A DNA stretch of 56,031 nucleotides, taken from the IMG/VR virus record IMGVR_UViG_3300008108_000486, positions 1-56,031 of that record; one strand, given 5' to 3'. Under the pieces are notes generated by a model. The model ran no database searches, had not been told where the DNA came from, and was given only the letters and a program-made list of their open reading frames with translations. Shown here one piece after another: positions 34,409 through 45,600 of this stretch. Within the stretch, counting starts at the first letter, position 1; the number at the start of each line of letters is the position of its first letter. This DNA comes from a virus. Lineage: Duplodnaviria > Caudoviricetes. Made by a program: the position numbers and the translations under genes.

Positions 34409-35018
34409 TTGCTTCTCCCTAGTTAGTTAGTTGATCGTTTGACCAACAGGGAAAGCATATAATACTTGTCTGCACTTTCGCAAGACATGTCATAGATTTT
34501 TTGTAGGCATATCAAAACATAGACATGCTTGCTTGTCCTAGATTTTTCCTATGCTTGGTTTGTAAGTTACTTGATAAAGCTTATGAGTAACTTACTTGGA
34601 AGTAACAAGTTAGTTTGATGATCTTCTTTATAAGTCTAGATTAGAACTTGATAGTTCTATATAAGTAACTTCTATTAGAAAACTTTTTTATTTGTAAAAA
34701 TATTTTTGTTAGAAAAATTTTTTGTAATCAAAAAAGATTTTTATTATTTATTATGTAAAGAAAAATAAATAATAAATAGATCATAGGCATGTATAGGCAG
34801 GTTATTGGATATTTTTTAGTCAAAAATGGGGGGTAAAAAATATGCGGAACCGCATGAAAAAATACCCCGGAACGATTTCAAAAAGTCCAAAAAACACCCC
34901 CTGTCTTCTCCGGGGTCAAAATCAAAATATGGAAAGGTTCATATTTTCGTCTCTGTCGTACAAGCTTTAGAGCCCTTCTTTAAATTCACCTTCTTTAGAC
35001 TCCCGTACAATTACTTTC

Positions 35019-35516
35019 ATGGCCAATCAACCAAAGCTTCCTGTAGACGAGATGCACTATCTCTCCACCCTCACTAGGGTTGAGATGGAGTCTCGCCTCC
35101 GTTCTCTTTGGAAAGCTGGCTGGTCTCTTGCAGTTATTGGAGCGTCTTTCTCTCCCCCTCGCCCCAAGACCACCATCCACTTCTGGGTTAAGCGAGCACA
35201 AGATCTAAAGCTCTCTCGACCTATCCCATCTCCTGCACCAAAGTCTTTGACGACTTCCGTGCCTACTAGAAATGCCCCTCGCCTTAGATCCATTTCTCCG
35301 GGCGTCCCTCCCGAGATAAGACCTCGTCTCAGGGAGTTGTCTGAGCTCTCTAAGCGCTACAGAGCTAAGACAAGGGAAGATAGCCCTCTTGCTCAAGCCA
35401 ATCGTGAGTTGACCTACTTAGCTCAGCAGTTAAGGGCTCGTGGAGTCCCTACAGCCGCTATAGCAGAGGCTGCAGGAGTTACCTACCGTGCTATGGCAAG
35501 GCGCCTAAGCCAGTGA
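35019..35516 (+). CDS. double helix-turn-helix DNA-binding protein
   Basis: GWSLAVIG...KTTIHFW and GVPTAAIAEAAGVTYRAM. Confidence 0.75.
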   Translation: MANQPKLPVDEMHYLSTLTRVEMESRLRSLWKAGWSLAVIGASFSPPRPKTTIHFWVKRAQDLKLSRPIPSPAPKSLTTSVPTRNAPRLRSISPGVPPEIRPRLRELSELSKRYRAKTREDSPLAQANRELTYLAQQLRARGVPTAAIAEAAGVTYRAMARRLSQ

Positions 35517-35860
35517 TTAGAAGCTATAAGACAAAGAACGGTACTTATAGCGAGAAAGATCTTGCTGTAATTGTTTGGAAGAACCCTAAGAAGACCAAGC
35601 GCCCTCAGTCGCGCCAGCTTGAGACTATGACTAGCCCTAACTCTCGCTATCCAATGGCTTTTCCACTTAAGAGTCTTACTAAAAGCACTGCTTTTAAAGC
35701 AGCTAAGCAAGTTAAAAGCTCCGAAGAGTTCTTTGTAGAGATAGAAAATACTTCTAGGAATACTCCAGTGTTGCTGGACTTGCCTCTAGCTACTGTTACT
35801 CTTGGTTGGATCGATTTTTATGTTCCAGAAGAATTCATAGAAGAGGATTTAAAGTCTTGA
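35513..35860 (+). CDS. hypothetical protein
   Basis: GTGA coupling. Confidence 0.65.
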   Translation: MIRSYKTKNGTYSEKDLAVIVWKNPKKTKRPQSRQLETMTSPNSRYPMAFPLKSLTKSTAFKAAKQVKSSEEFFVEIENTSRNTPVLLDLPLATVTLGWIDFYVPEEFIEEDLKS

Positions 35861-36225
35861 GAGCAGTTTCAGATGTTTTTCCAGCAGTAGTTTGGCTTGC
35901 CCCACCAAACTCCATAGGTCTTGACGAGTTAAAAATCCCTGGTCCCTGCCCTGAAGGAACTCGCAAGGTTGATAGAGTCCGCGTTGTGCTTTTAGGAGAT
36001 ATCATTTTGATAGCACAGGACACCCCAGAAGGGCCTAAACTAGTTTTTAAGGAAAAATACCTATATAGACATGTTGAAGATAAGAACCAAGCAGTTTTAA
36101 CAGACTCTGGCAAGGTTATAGCCTTCAAAAAAGATTCCAGCTGCGGCTGTGGGTCGCGTCTTAGAGGTTGGAATCCTTACGGGCAGAATAGTTCTGTCTA
36201 CTCGAGTCAGGATCCAACAGAATGA
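35857..36225 (+). CDS. hypothetical protein
   Basis: TTGA coupling; DVFPA, CGCGSRLR.WNP motif. Confidence 0.7.
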   Translation: MRAVSDVFPAVVWLAPPNSIGLDELKIPGPCPEGTRKVDRVRVVLLGDIILIAQDTPEGPKLVFKEKYLYRHVEDKNQAVLTDSGKVIAFKKDSSCGCGSRLRGWNPYGQNSSVYSSQDPTE

Positions 36226-36518
36226 AAGATATAACACTTTTACAGTTTGTAATTTTAGGTCTTGCAACCTATAGAGTTACTCGTCTCTTCACTAGGGACA
36301 TGATTACTGGGTCTTTAAGAAACGCCTTTTGGAAGAAGTTTCCACCAGAGTCTTCATATCTTGGCTACCTCTCCACTTGTGAGTGGTGCTTCAGCTTTTG
36401 GATTGCTGCGGCATTCGTTGGAGCCTTCCTAATCATTCCATCAGTAACCTCTATCATTGCTATAATTTATGCTGTATCAGCTGTAGCTGGTTTGTTGACT
36501 GCGTATGAAGATAAGTAA
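36222..36518 (+). CDS. DUF1360-family membrane protein
   Basis: LATYRVTRL..D.I...R, L.TC.WC.SFW. Confidence 0.85.
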   Translation: MKDITLLQFVILGLATYRVTRLFTRDMITGSLRNAFWKKFPPESSYLGYLSTCEWCFSFWIAAAFVGAFLIIPSVTSIIAIIYAVSAVAGLLTAYEDK

Positions 36519-36555
36519 GACTTCATGCTCCGTTGGAAGATGACAAGGAGTTCTC

Positions 36556-38292
36556 ATGGGTATATTCACTAACAACACCCCAGAACAGTCATCTCCTCAA
36601 CCTCAAACACCAAAAAGCAAAAGAACTAAATCAACTTTTTCTCGTTCTACACAAGTAGTTCAAGTTCAGCCATCTAATTCAGGCATTACTTCCGTTTTTA
36701 CTAACACAGCTAAATCAGTTTCTTACTCTGCACCTAGATCTCTTACAGCTGCAGCAGCACAGATAAAAATAAATGACAAAGGTGAATTCGAACAATTTAG
36801 AATTCGTCGTGCTGCAGGTTCGTCAGCATGGCAAGCCGAAGCTTGGGAATACTACGATGCAATCGGTGAAATCAAATACGCATTTAACTTAGTTGCTTCT
36901 GTTGTTTCACGCATTCGTATTTATGCAGCAGCCATTGATGATCCATCTGAGCAACCAACATCTGTTAGAAACTCAGCTATAGTTGATCAAAGACTTGCAA
37001 ATGCAGCAGAGCGTGCTTTAGAAAGATTAAACTCAGCATATGGTGGACAAGCAGGACTTCTTAAAGATGCAGCACTTAACTTGGCTGTCGCAGGAGAATG
37101 CTACTTGGTTCAAATGCCAGCTCGCCCAGGAAATAACCTTCCTGAGTCTTGGGATATTCGTTCTGTTGATGAAGTAACTGCAGATGTTCGTGGCGGATTT
37201 AATGTTATTGGCCGCCGTGAACAAGCAACTTCTTCACAAGGCGCTACTGCAAATACAAAATTAGGTAAGAATGCATTTATCGGACGCATCTGGCGTTCAC
37301 ACCCACGCTTTTCAGATGAAGCAGACTCTTCACTTCGTGGTTTGCTAGATCTCTGCGCCGAACTCCTTCTACTGAATAGGACATTCCGTGCGACTGCTCG
37401 CTCTCGTCTCAATGCTGGTGCGCTTTATCTACCTGATGGTCTTTCCGTCGCGTCGCAAGGCGATGCAGACTACCCCTACGATTCTGAGGATGGTATCGGT
37501 GCAGGGTTTACTGCTGAAGAAGCAGAGGATGAATTCGAAGAACAACTAATGGATGCGATGACTACTCCAATTCGTGATGAGGAGTCAGCATCAGCAGTTG
37601 TTCCACTTATTATTCGCGGTCCAGCAGAGCTTGGTGATCGTATCAAGCAATTTAAGTTTGAGCGTTCATTTGATCCTGCATTGGCTCAGCGTGCAGATCG
37701 TGTTCTAGAAAGAATCCTTCAGGGTCTTGATGTACCAAAGGATGTAGTCACTGGTCTTGCCAATGTCAAGTACTCGAACGCTCTCCAAATTGACGAATCT
37801 CTATATAAGGCACACATCGAGCCTCTTATGTTGCTCATTGCAGATGCTTTGACTGTTGTTTATCTTCGTCCGTATCTTATTGCAACAGGTTTCGAAGAGT
37901 CACAAGTAAATCGCATTGTTGTTTGGTATGACCCATCAGCAATTGCAACTCGCAATGACCGTGCAGCAGATGCAGATGCAGGATATGACCGCATGGCAGT
38001 CTCTGCAGATACATGGCGTCGTGCTCATGGCTTCTCAGATCAAGATGCACCTACTCCAACAGAAGTTGCAGTTCGACTTCTACAAGAAAAGGGCGCTATC
38101 ACACCAGAATTTACAGAAGCAATGCTCGGAGCTATTGCACCAGAGGTGATTAACAAGATCCGTGGTGCACAGCAAGCAGCTTCAGTTGCTCCACTACCTC
38201 CAGAAGTAGAACAAGCACTTCAGCAAGCAGCTCAAGGCGCTGAGGAAGCAGGTATTGCTTCAGAAACACCAACAGAGGAGGCTCAGCAATAA
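36556..38292 (+). CDS. portal protein
   Basis: WQAEAWEYYD.IGE, NL.VAGE.YL, RIWR.HP...ADS, RSRL..G.L, DE.SASAVVP; first gene of the head module. Confidence 0.8.
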   Translation: MGIFTNNTPEQSSPQPQTPKSKRTKSTFSRSTQVVQVQPSNSGITSVFTNTAKSVSYSAPRSLTAAAAQIKINDKGEFEQFRIRRAAGSSAWQAEAWEYYDAIGEIKYAFNLVASVVSRIRIYAAAIDDPSEQPTSVRNSAIVDQRLANAAERALERLNSAYGGQAGLLKDAALNLAVAGECYLVQMPARPGNNLPESWDIRSVDEVTADVRGGFNVIGRREQATSSQGATANTKLGKNAFIGRIWRSHPRFSDEADSSLRGLLDLCAELLLLNRTFRATARSRLNAGALYLPDGLSVASQGDADYPYDSEDGIGAGFTAEEAEDEFEEQLMDAMTTPIRDEESASAVVPLIIRGPAELGDRIKQFKFERSFDPALAQRADRVLERILQGLDVPKDVVTGLANVKYSNALQIDESLYKAHIEPLMLLIADALTVVYLRPYLIATGFEESQVNRIVVWYDPSAIATRNDRAADADAGYDRMAVSADTWRRAHGFSDQDAPTPTEVAVRLLQEKGAITPEFTEAMLGAIAPEVINKIRGAQQAASVAPLPPEVEQALQQAAQGAEEAGIASETPTEEAQQ

Positions 38293-39657
38293 ATGGCTGA
38301 AGAAACTTGCCCTCCAGCAACGCAAGACATTGCACTAAATCTTAAAAATCGCAAGAACGCAATCGATACAGCAATGTATGGACCATTAAATCCTGCAGAA
38401 CCAAATGAAGAATATTGGACTGCACTTGGTTCTGAGTGGGGTGTTGATTCCGAAACTGCTAAGAAGCAAACTTGTGGAAACTGTGCTGTGTTTATTCAAA
38501 CACCAGAAATGCTTTCTTGTATCGAGAGTGGTTTAACAGATAACGCAGACGAGTTTGATTCAATTGATGCAGCTGGTGAGCTTGGATACTGCGAAGCCTT
38601 TGATTTTAAGTGCGCTAGTGCTCGTACTTGCCGCGCTTGGGTTGCTGGCGGTCCTGTAACAGCTGCAGCAAAGAAAAAGCGTACTATTTCCCAAACTCCA
38701 GCTCCAAAGAAAGATCGCATCAAGGGATCAAGCAAAAATAAAAAAGGTTCTGCATCTGGATCCCGCAAAATTAATTTTTCAGCATCAGTAGAAAAGTCAC
38801 TTCGTGAAAAAGTAGAGACACACAACAAAAAAGCATCGAAAGGCCGTCGTGCAACTCTAGGAATGCTAAAAGCTGTATATCGTCGTGGTGCAGGAGCGTA
38901 TTCCGTTTCTCACAGACCAGGAATGACTCGCAATCAATGGGCAATGGGTCGAGTTAATGCATTCTTGCGTCTTCTTAAATCTGGAAAGCCATCAAACTCA
39001 GCGTATGTAACTGATAACGACTTACTTCCATCAGGACATCCTCGTTCAACAAAGAAATCAAACTCTGTGACCGCTGCAGCTGGCTTAGTTCCAGAAGAAA
39101 GCGATCTAGCAGAAGCGCTGATCGAGATTGCGGACAAATATGGAAAGTTCAATGAAGATGCCACAGGAATCTGGGCAGGATATACACCACCAGCAGAAAA
39201 TGATGTCAAAGGAATCGGAGTCAAGTGTTCTTCATGTGTTTTATACATGGGTAACGGCTCGTGCAGAATCATCGACATGGAAGTCGAAGACGAAGGTAAG
39301 TGTCGTTTCGCGGTTATTCCAGATGGCGTCGTTGATGTCGGAGTTCTCGAAGGTGAAAAGCTCGGAAACAACATCCAATCAGAGCAAGAACTCGCAGAGC
39401 TAGCAGAGCAATGGAGCTATCAGCAAGAATTAGAAGCTGGTATAGGTAATCCAGAAGATTATCCAAATCCTGAAGATGCAATTCTTGCTCTAACAGAGTA
39501 TTCAAGTCTTGGGTATGAAGCAGAACATGCAATTCGTGCATCATGGCTTCGTGCAGTTCGTAATGGAGAAGATCCATTTAAGAGAGCAGCTCTTCTAGCA
39601 TCTCTAGGTGAAGAAAGCCTAGATGCAGACTTACTTCCTGTAAAAGAGGAAGAGTAA
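38293..39657 (+). CDS. multi-domain head-associated protein
   Basis: Two Cys clusters (CGNC..F...C...C; C..C.....C) flanking a LKAVYRRG.GA...HRP....QWA..RVNAF domain. Confidence 0.75.
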   Translation: MAEETCPPATQDIALNLKNRKNAIDTAMYGPLNPAEPNEEYWTALGSEWGVDSETAKKQTCGNCAVFIQTPEMLSCIESGLTDNADEFDSIDAAGELGYCEAFDFKCASARTCRAWVAGGPVTAAAKKKRTISQTPAPKKDRIKGSSKNKKGSASGSRKINFSASVEKSLREKVETHNKKASKGRRATLGMLKAVYRRGAGAYSVSHRPGMTRNQWAMGRVNAFLRLLKSGKPSNSAYVTDNDLLPSGHPRSTKKSNSVTAAAGLVPEESDLAEALIEIADKYGKFNEDATGIWAGYTPPAENDVKGIGVKCSSCVLYMGNGSCRIIDMEVEDEGKCRFAVIPDGVVDVGVLEGEKLGNNIQSEQELAELAEQWSYQQELEAGIGNPEDYPNPEDAILALTEYSSLGYEAEHAIRASWLRAVRNGEDPFKRAALLASLGEESLDADLLPVKEEE

Positions 39658-39659
39658 AG

Positions 39660-42600
39660 ATGATTTTTTCTCAAAGAATTTTATCTACTCGTGAACAAGC
39701 ACGAGTTATTCGTCGTGAAGTAATTGAACTTGTAGATAAAGCTAACGAATTTTCTGTAGGATCTCGTAGAATTAATCGTAGAGCTGCTTATAAAGTAATT
39801 TCACGCTCTCTTAGTCAAAGCAGAGACCTTCCATTCTCTATTCGTAAGCACAAGGCTATTACAGATCTTTCAAACTACATTTCACTTGCCAAGTACAATA
39901 AAGTCATAGGTCTTACAGCAGATCACACTGACCTTCTCCCAATTTCTCATCCAAGATCAACTCAAATTAATGCGCTATCAGCATCTGCACTAGTTCAAGC
40001 AAAAATTCGTTGGTATGTAGATGATCCACGAATTAAAGATGACACTGTAAAGTCTCTTGTTGCATCTGCAATGGCTGCACCAACAGATTCTGCAGAATAC
40101 AAATACGCTCTTACTCGTTTAGAGAATCTTCCAGCATCAGAACTACCACTCGAGGCTCTTGCTGCAGCTGCAAATCCATATGCAGGTAAAAACTCTGCCG
40201 CTGCTCGCCGTGCCCGTGAGTCTATTCAACTCTCAGACCGCTTTGAGAGATGGCTTGATATGTTTGGATCTCTTAAGAAGCGTGCTACAGATGGCTTTAG
40301 AACTTATGTCCGTAGAAATGACGGAACAACACGAAGCCACTCAGGCGTTGTTCTTAATCAGAATATGGAAAGACCAGAACTTATTGATATTGAGGTTGGT
40401 AAGGGCAAAGTTGCAATTGTTCCTATTAAATCTGGTGAAGGATTAAAAGCTTTTATCAAAGACCCTGATTCTGTAGATGGTTTTTCTCAGACAGAAGCAA
40501 AGCCAACTAACGCTCCAATAATTCCAGAAGATTCTATTGTTTTTACTGAAGCTCCTAGTATTTATCGTAAAGAAGATGACTACAGAGGTAAAGGCACAAA
40601 GTACACAGACGATAAGTACGACATTATTAAGTTTGATAATCCTAAAGATGCAATGCCTCTTATTGATGACTCAAATAAGCGTGCAGCAGATTTGGATAAG
40701 CCAGCTCCAAAGCAATTAAAACTTGGAGAGATTGATTCAGACACAGGTCGTCAGTTCTGGAACCCAGATGAGCCAGTTTTTGCAGTTGCTCGTCGTGGTA
40801 AGAAAACAAATTTTGCATTTACTCAAACTTGGAAAGATGTTAACAACGAGATTATGCTCGACGAGCCAGATCTTGATGAAGAAGAAGGTCGTGATTACAC
40901 ACGCCCAGAGCCTAGAACTTCAGATGACACTGTTCCTCTTATACAGCAAGCTAATAAAATTTTTGATGGCAAAAAGCGTAAACAAAAAGAAGATAAAAAA
41001 GAAACAGCTCCTGCTTTCCCATATAAAGTTCCAGATCGTGCATACGAATTTAACCCAAATGAAGAGTACACACCTGAATTTGATTTTGACGATCCAGAAT
41101 CACTTGCAGAAATTGACACACCAGTTTTGGAAGAAGCTCTTCTTCGTTCTGTAGAACCAGTAAGTGCAACTGAAAGAGCAACAGGATTTGCACCACTAGA
41201 TCTTCCAAACGGAGATACAGAGGATGTTAGCTCAGAAGCAATTGCATCAGCTCTTAGAGCTAAGGGCCAAGACGCTGAGATGGCTCTTGCAAAAGCTTAC
41301 GACAAAATTGCAGGAGATACAAAGAATCAAGATGATTTAAAAGCTTCTCGTGAAGAACGCAGAGCGGATGAAGCTGCAAAGCCAGCAGATCTTGAAGAAA
41401 AGTTTGATGAAGTAGTTAAAGAAGAACCAGAAAAAGTAGAACCTACTCCAGTATCTGATGAAGTTGCAGAGGATATTGCAGATACTTCAGAAGGTCTTGT
41501 AAGAGATCTTTCAGATGAAGAGCTTAGAAAGATTCCAGCTCTTAAGGGTCTTTCAGACGAAGAATTCGACAAGATTGTCAATGATCCAAACTACGACTAT
41601 TCAAGCGTTATACCTAAAATTGACGATTTTGATGTGCCAGAAGGTATGTACAAGCCGGGCGAGTCTACAGCTGAAGATCGTCTTAATGCTTTAGAGCTTG
41701 CAGCAATTTCAAATAGAAGAGCTCCTAACTCTTTACTAGAAAGCAAATTGAAAGAAGCCATGGACGGAAGTGGTCCAGAGTTGGGTAAAGCTTCTATTCC
41801 TGCTTTCGATGAAAATGGCGAGCAAATAGATATTCCAGTATCTGCAGAAACCCTTCGTGATGCTATAGCTCTTCGCGGCAAAGATGCTGCTAAGGCTATG
41901 AAAAAGATTGCTAAACCAGAAGCAGAAGAGAAGCCAGCTAAAGAAGAGAAGCCAGCTGAAGAAGAAAAAGAAACAAAGCCAGTAGGAACATATAAGCGTT
42001 CTGGTGGAAGAACTCTTCTAAAAGACGGAAAAGGCAAGCCTTTTACATCTAACAAAGAAGTTGCAGACTTTTTGGCAGAAAACGGTTTCGAGTTTACAGA
42101 AAAAGTTACAACTAAAGATGGAAGAGAGCTTCCAGTTTATGCTCACTCAAAGCAGCAAACAGATGAAGAGTTTAAGTCTTTGGCAAGAGAGCTTCGTGAT
42201 CGTTTTGGTATAGATCTAAAGCCTCGTCCAGCAACTACTCAATCTCCAGCTCAAGAAGAAATTGATTTTGATGCTCCGTCTCCAGAGAAGCCAGCAGAAG
42301 CTGAAACTCCAATAGTTCCTCCTACAACTCCACCTACAGGTCCTGAAGGCGTTGAAGAGCCAGAAGAAGAAGAGCCTAAGCTAGACCCAAAGCGTCCTAC
42401 AAATGTAAGTAGTAAAAATGATTTAGTAAACGAAAACCAAAAAATTGTTGTTCAAGATAATAATGTCTTTACATTAGACGGAAAATTCTTAGGAAAAATT
42501 CCAGAAGGAATGTCTGCAGAAGAATTTTTAAGATCTTATTATTACAGAGCAACTCGTACTGGAAGAGATGCAGAAGCTATTGCAAAGGCTATAAAAGCAT

Positions 42601-45600
42601 CAGAAAAAGATAAGCCTTATGATGGATCAGATTTCTACCCTACAGACGAAGATGAACGCGCTGCAGTTGAGGCTATTAGAGAGCAAGATAGAAAAAATAG
42701 AGAAGAAGAAGAAGAAGAACTATCTAATAGTAAAAAAGATTTACTTAAGCAGCTTGTTAATGAGCGCCGTATTGTTCAGGATGCCATTGATGAAGCTGAT
42801 CTTTCAGATGAAGTAAAGCCAGAAGAAAAACAAGCTCTTCGTGATCTCTACGATAAATTAACACGAGCAATTGACGCAATTGTTCTTGGTGAACAAGTAG
42901 AAGATACCAAGTCTCCAGAAAATCAAGTAGCCGATGAGACTTTGTCAGAAGCATTTAATGATGAAGCATATAAACCTACTATTCAAATACTTCTAGATAA
43001 GCTGTTTGGAAGAAAAGAAGATAAGGTCCCAGTTGGGCCTTTTGGATCACGCAAAGACATGATCTCAAAGTTGATGTGGTTTAAGTGGGGCGCTGGATTT
43101 AAGAAGAACGAGTCTCCATTCATTAGAGACGCTATGACCAAATATGAAAAAGACCTTAACAATCTTTCAACTGAAGACATGATTGATTTGCTCAACCTAT
43201 ACTACGATGAAATTGATGCAAAGATAGAAGCAGACAGAATTGCTTCTGATCGTGCAAAGATTATTGCAGAGGCAAAGAAAGCTCGTCGCAAGGCATATGA
43301 GGACAGCCTCATTGAAGAATACATTCGTGGCAAGAAGGGTGTTACTGACGGGCGTGGTATTGAATATAGAAAGAGAGAAGATGGGACTTGGGATCAATCC
43401 ACTGGCCCTATTGGTGGAAACCCATGGAGACAGAAAGTAACTCTTAATCCAGCAGATGGTTACGAAATTAAAGAAATTCCTGGCTACGATAAAGACGCAC
43501 CAGGAACTGGAATAGTTAATAGCGTAAAACTTCATATTCCAAGAGAAGGCGATTATGTAAAGCAGGAAGATGGAACTTGGAAACGCATTGTAAAACTAGA
43601 GCGTGAAAAGCGTAAGGTTCCTTCAGATAAAGCTGGAAAAGCAGACGCAACTATTGAAGAATATACTTACATATATGAAGATGGGACATCGGATTTTGTA
43701 AGAACATCTAATGGAACTCTTGATATTGATGTTAATCGTAAGAGAGTAGATATTGTTCGTTCCGCTGATTTAGTAGAAGCTTCAGAAGCTTCAGCTCCAG
43801 TAGCAGAGTCAACTCCAGCCTCTTCTCTAGTTAAGAAGATCAAATCAAGAACTTCTCAACTACAGCCAGGCGATGTAAAAGCTGATGACTTCTTCACTAT
43901 TACAAAAATAGAACAAGAAGGAACTAAGCCAGTTAGAGTTGACGGAAAAGTTCAACAGTCCAGCAAGCTTTGGTCTGACAACTACGCTCCAGAGGTTTAT
44001 CGTGGAGCAACTCCTCCTTCAAAGGGAGATCTTCCAGAGCTAAATCAGCCTAAAGCTGAAGACTATGGTGATTTTGCATATCCAAACCAGACAAAGGTTA
44101 AATACAAGGACCGCACACTCTGGGCTCCAAAAGACAAAGCTCTTGCAGATAAATTCTTAGAAGATTACAAAGCGTATGACGAAGAACTTGCTCGTCGTAA
44201 GGCACTGTGGCAAGCTCCAGAAGTTACTGCAGAAAATGACGAATCAAAGTCAGGTTCTCCAACAACTCCTAATAATCCTCTCTATACAGACAGTGTTCCA
44301 GCATCTGAAGTAAAAGAAGGTGACATTGCATTTAGAAGAGACAAAGATGGTCTTAAGGAATTCTTTGTTGTAACTAAAGTTGTTAGCGATAGAGATGGAA
44401 CTACAACTCTTGAAGGACATTATGTTGGACACCAGACACAGACTAAAGAATGGCGCTCTGGAACTAACATTGAAGTAATTCGTGGAGAGACAAACCTTCC
44501 TGCAGCTGGAGATAAAGAACCTCTAGATCGTCCAGATAAGACTCTTCCAAACTATGCAGAACTCGAGAAGGCTCGTAAAGAAAAAATTGCTGAAGCAGAT
44601 AAGGGTTACTCACCAGTATTCCCAACAGAAGATGCTTTTAAGGGAGTTACTCCTCTAGAGTCTAAGCCAAACCTTCCAGCGTTCTATGGATCTGCTGAAG
44701 AGCTTCTTGCTCTTGGAGATGGACCTGAAGTTATGAAGGCTCTTGATGAAAAGGGCTTTATTGTCTTTGACTTCGAGACAATCGGAAAAGATGTAGCTAA
44801 CTCACTTAACCCAGATGCTCCTATTCAAGTTGCAGCATCTAAATATCTAAACGGTGAAAAGGTAGATACATTAAATCTATTCATTAATCCGGGAGAACCT
44901 CTTTCAACTTATTACTACGAGACAGATGAAGCTGGGAATAGAGTTCTTAAAGCTGATCGTTTAAGAGATTCTGAAGGCAATCCAATTACAGACGAGTGGC
45001 TAGCTACTCAGCCTGAAATCAAAGAGCAGCTACAAAAGCTTCTCGATTTCTTTGGAGAAAAGCCAATTCTTGTTGGTCAGAACAACACATTTGATATTAA
45101 CTTGCTTGAGCGCTGGGCAGAAAAGCTTGGTCTAAACTTCTCAATGGGTGGAGCTGTAGACACAAGAACAATTGCTAAGATTTTACAAGCTAAAGATCAA
45201 AAGTCAGTTGAATTCCCAGAGAATCCAGCTGATGGAGATGTTGTAACTATAAATGGTGGAGACTGGGTTTACTCAGAAGAGAAAAAGCGCTTTATAGCAC
45301 CGTCTAATTCTTTGAAGCCACTCGCAGAGCGTCTAGGAGTTTCCACAGATGCTCCAGGTGGATTCCACGACGCAGCATTCGATATCGATGTAACAGAAAA
45401 AGTCCTTCGCGCTCTTATGTCTAAGGTTCAAGCTGGAGACTTTAAGACAACAGGAGCAACCAAGAAGTATGACGCTGGATATGACAAGTGGATTAAGTCC
45501 CGTGATCAGAGAGTCAAGGATATTGCCGCAATTCAGGCAGATAGATTGCTTTCTGGTAAGACTACAGATGTTGATGCAGCTGTTGGAGAAATCAATGCTG

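Noticed and set aside
34826-35077. 83-aa ORF
   Set aside because: Spans motif and promoter DNA and overlaps the HTH gene out of frame
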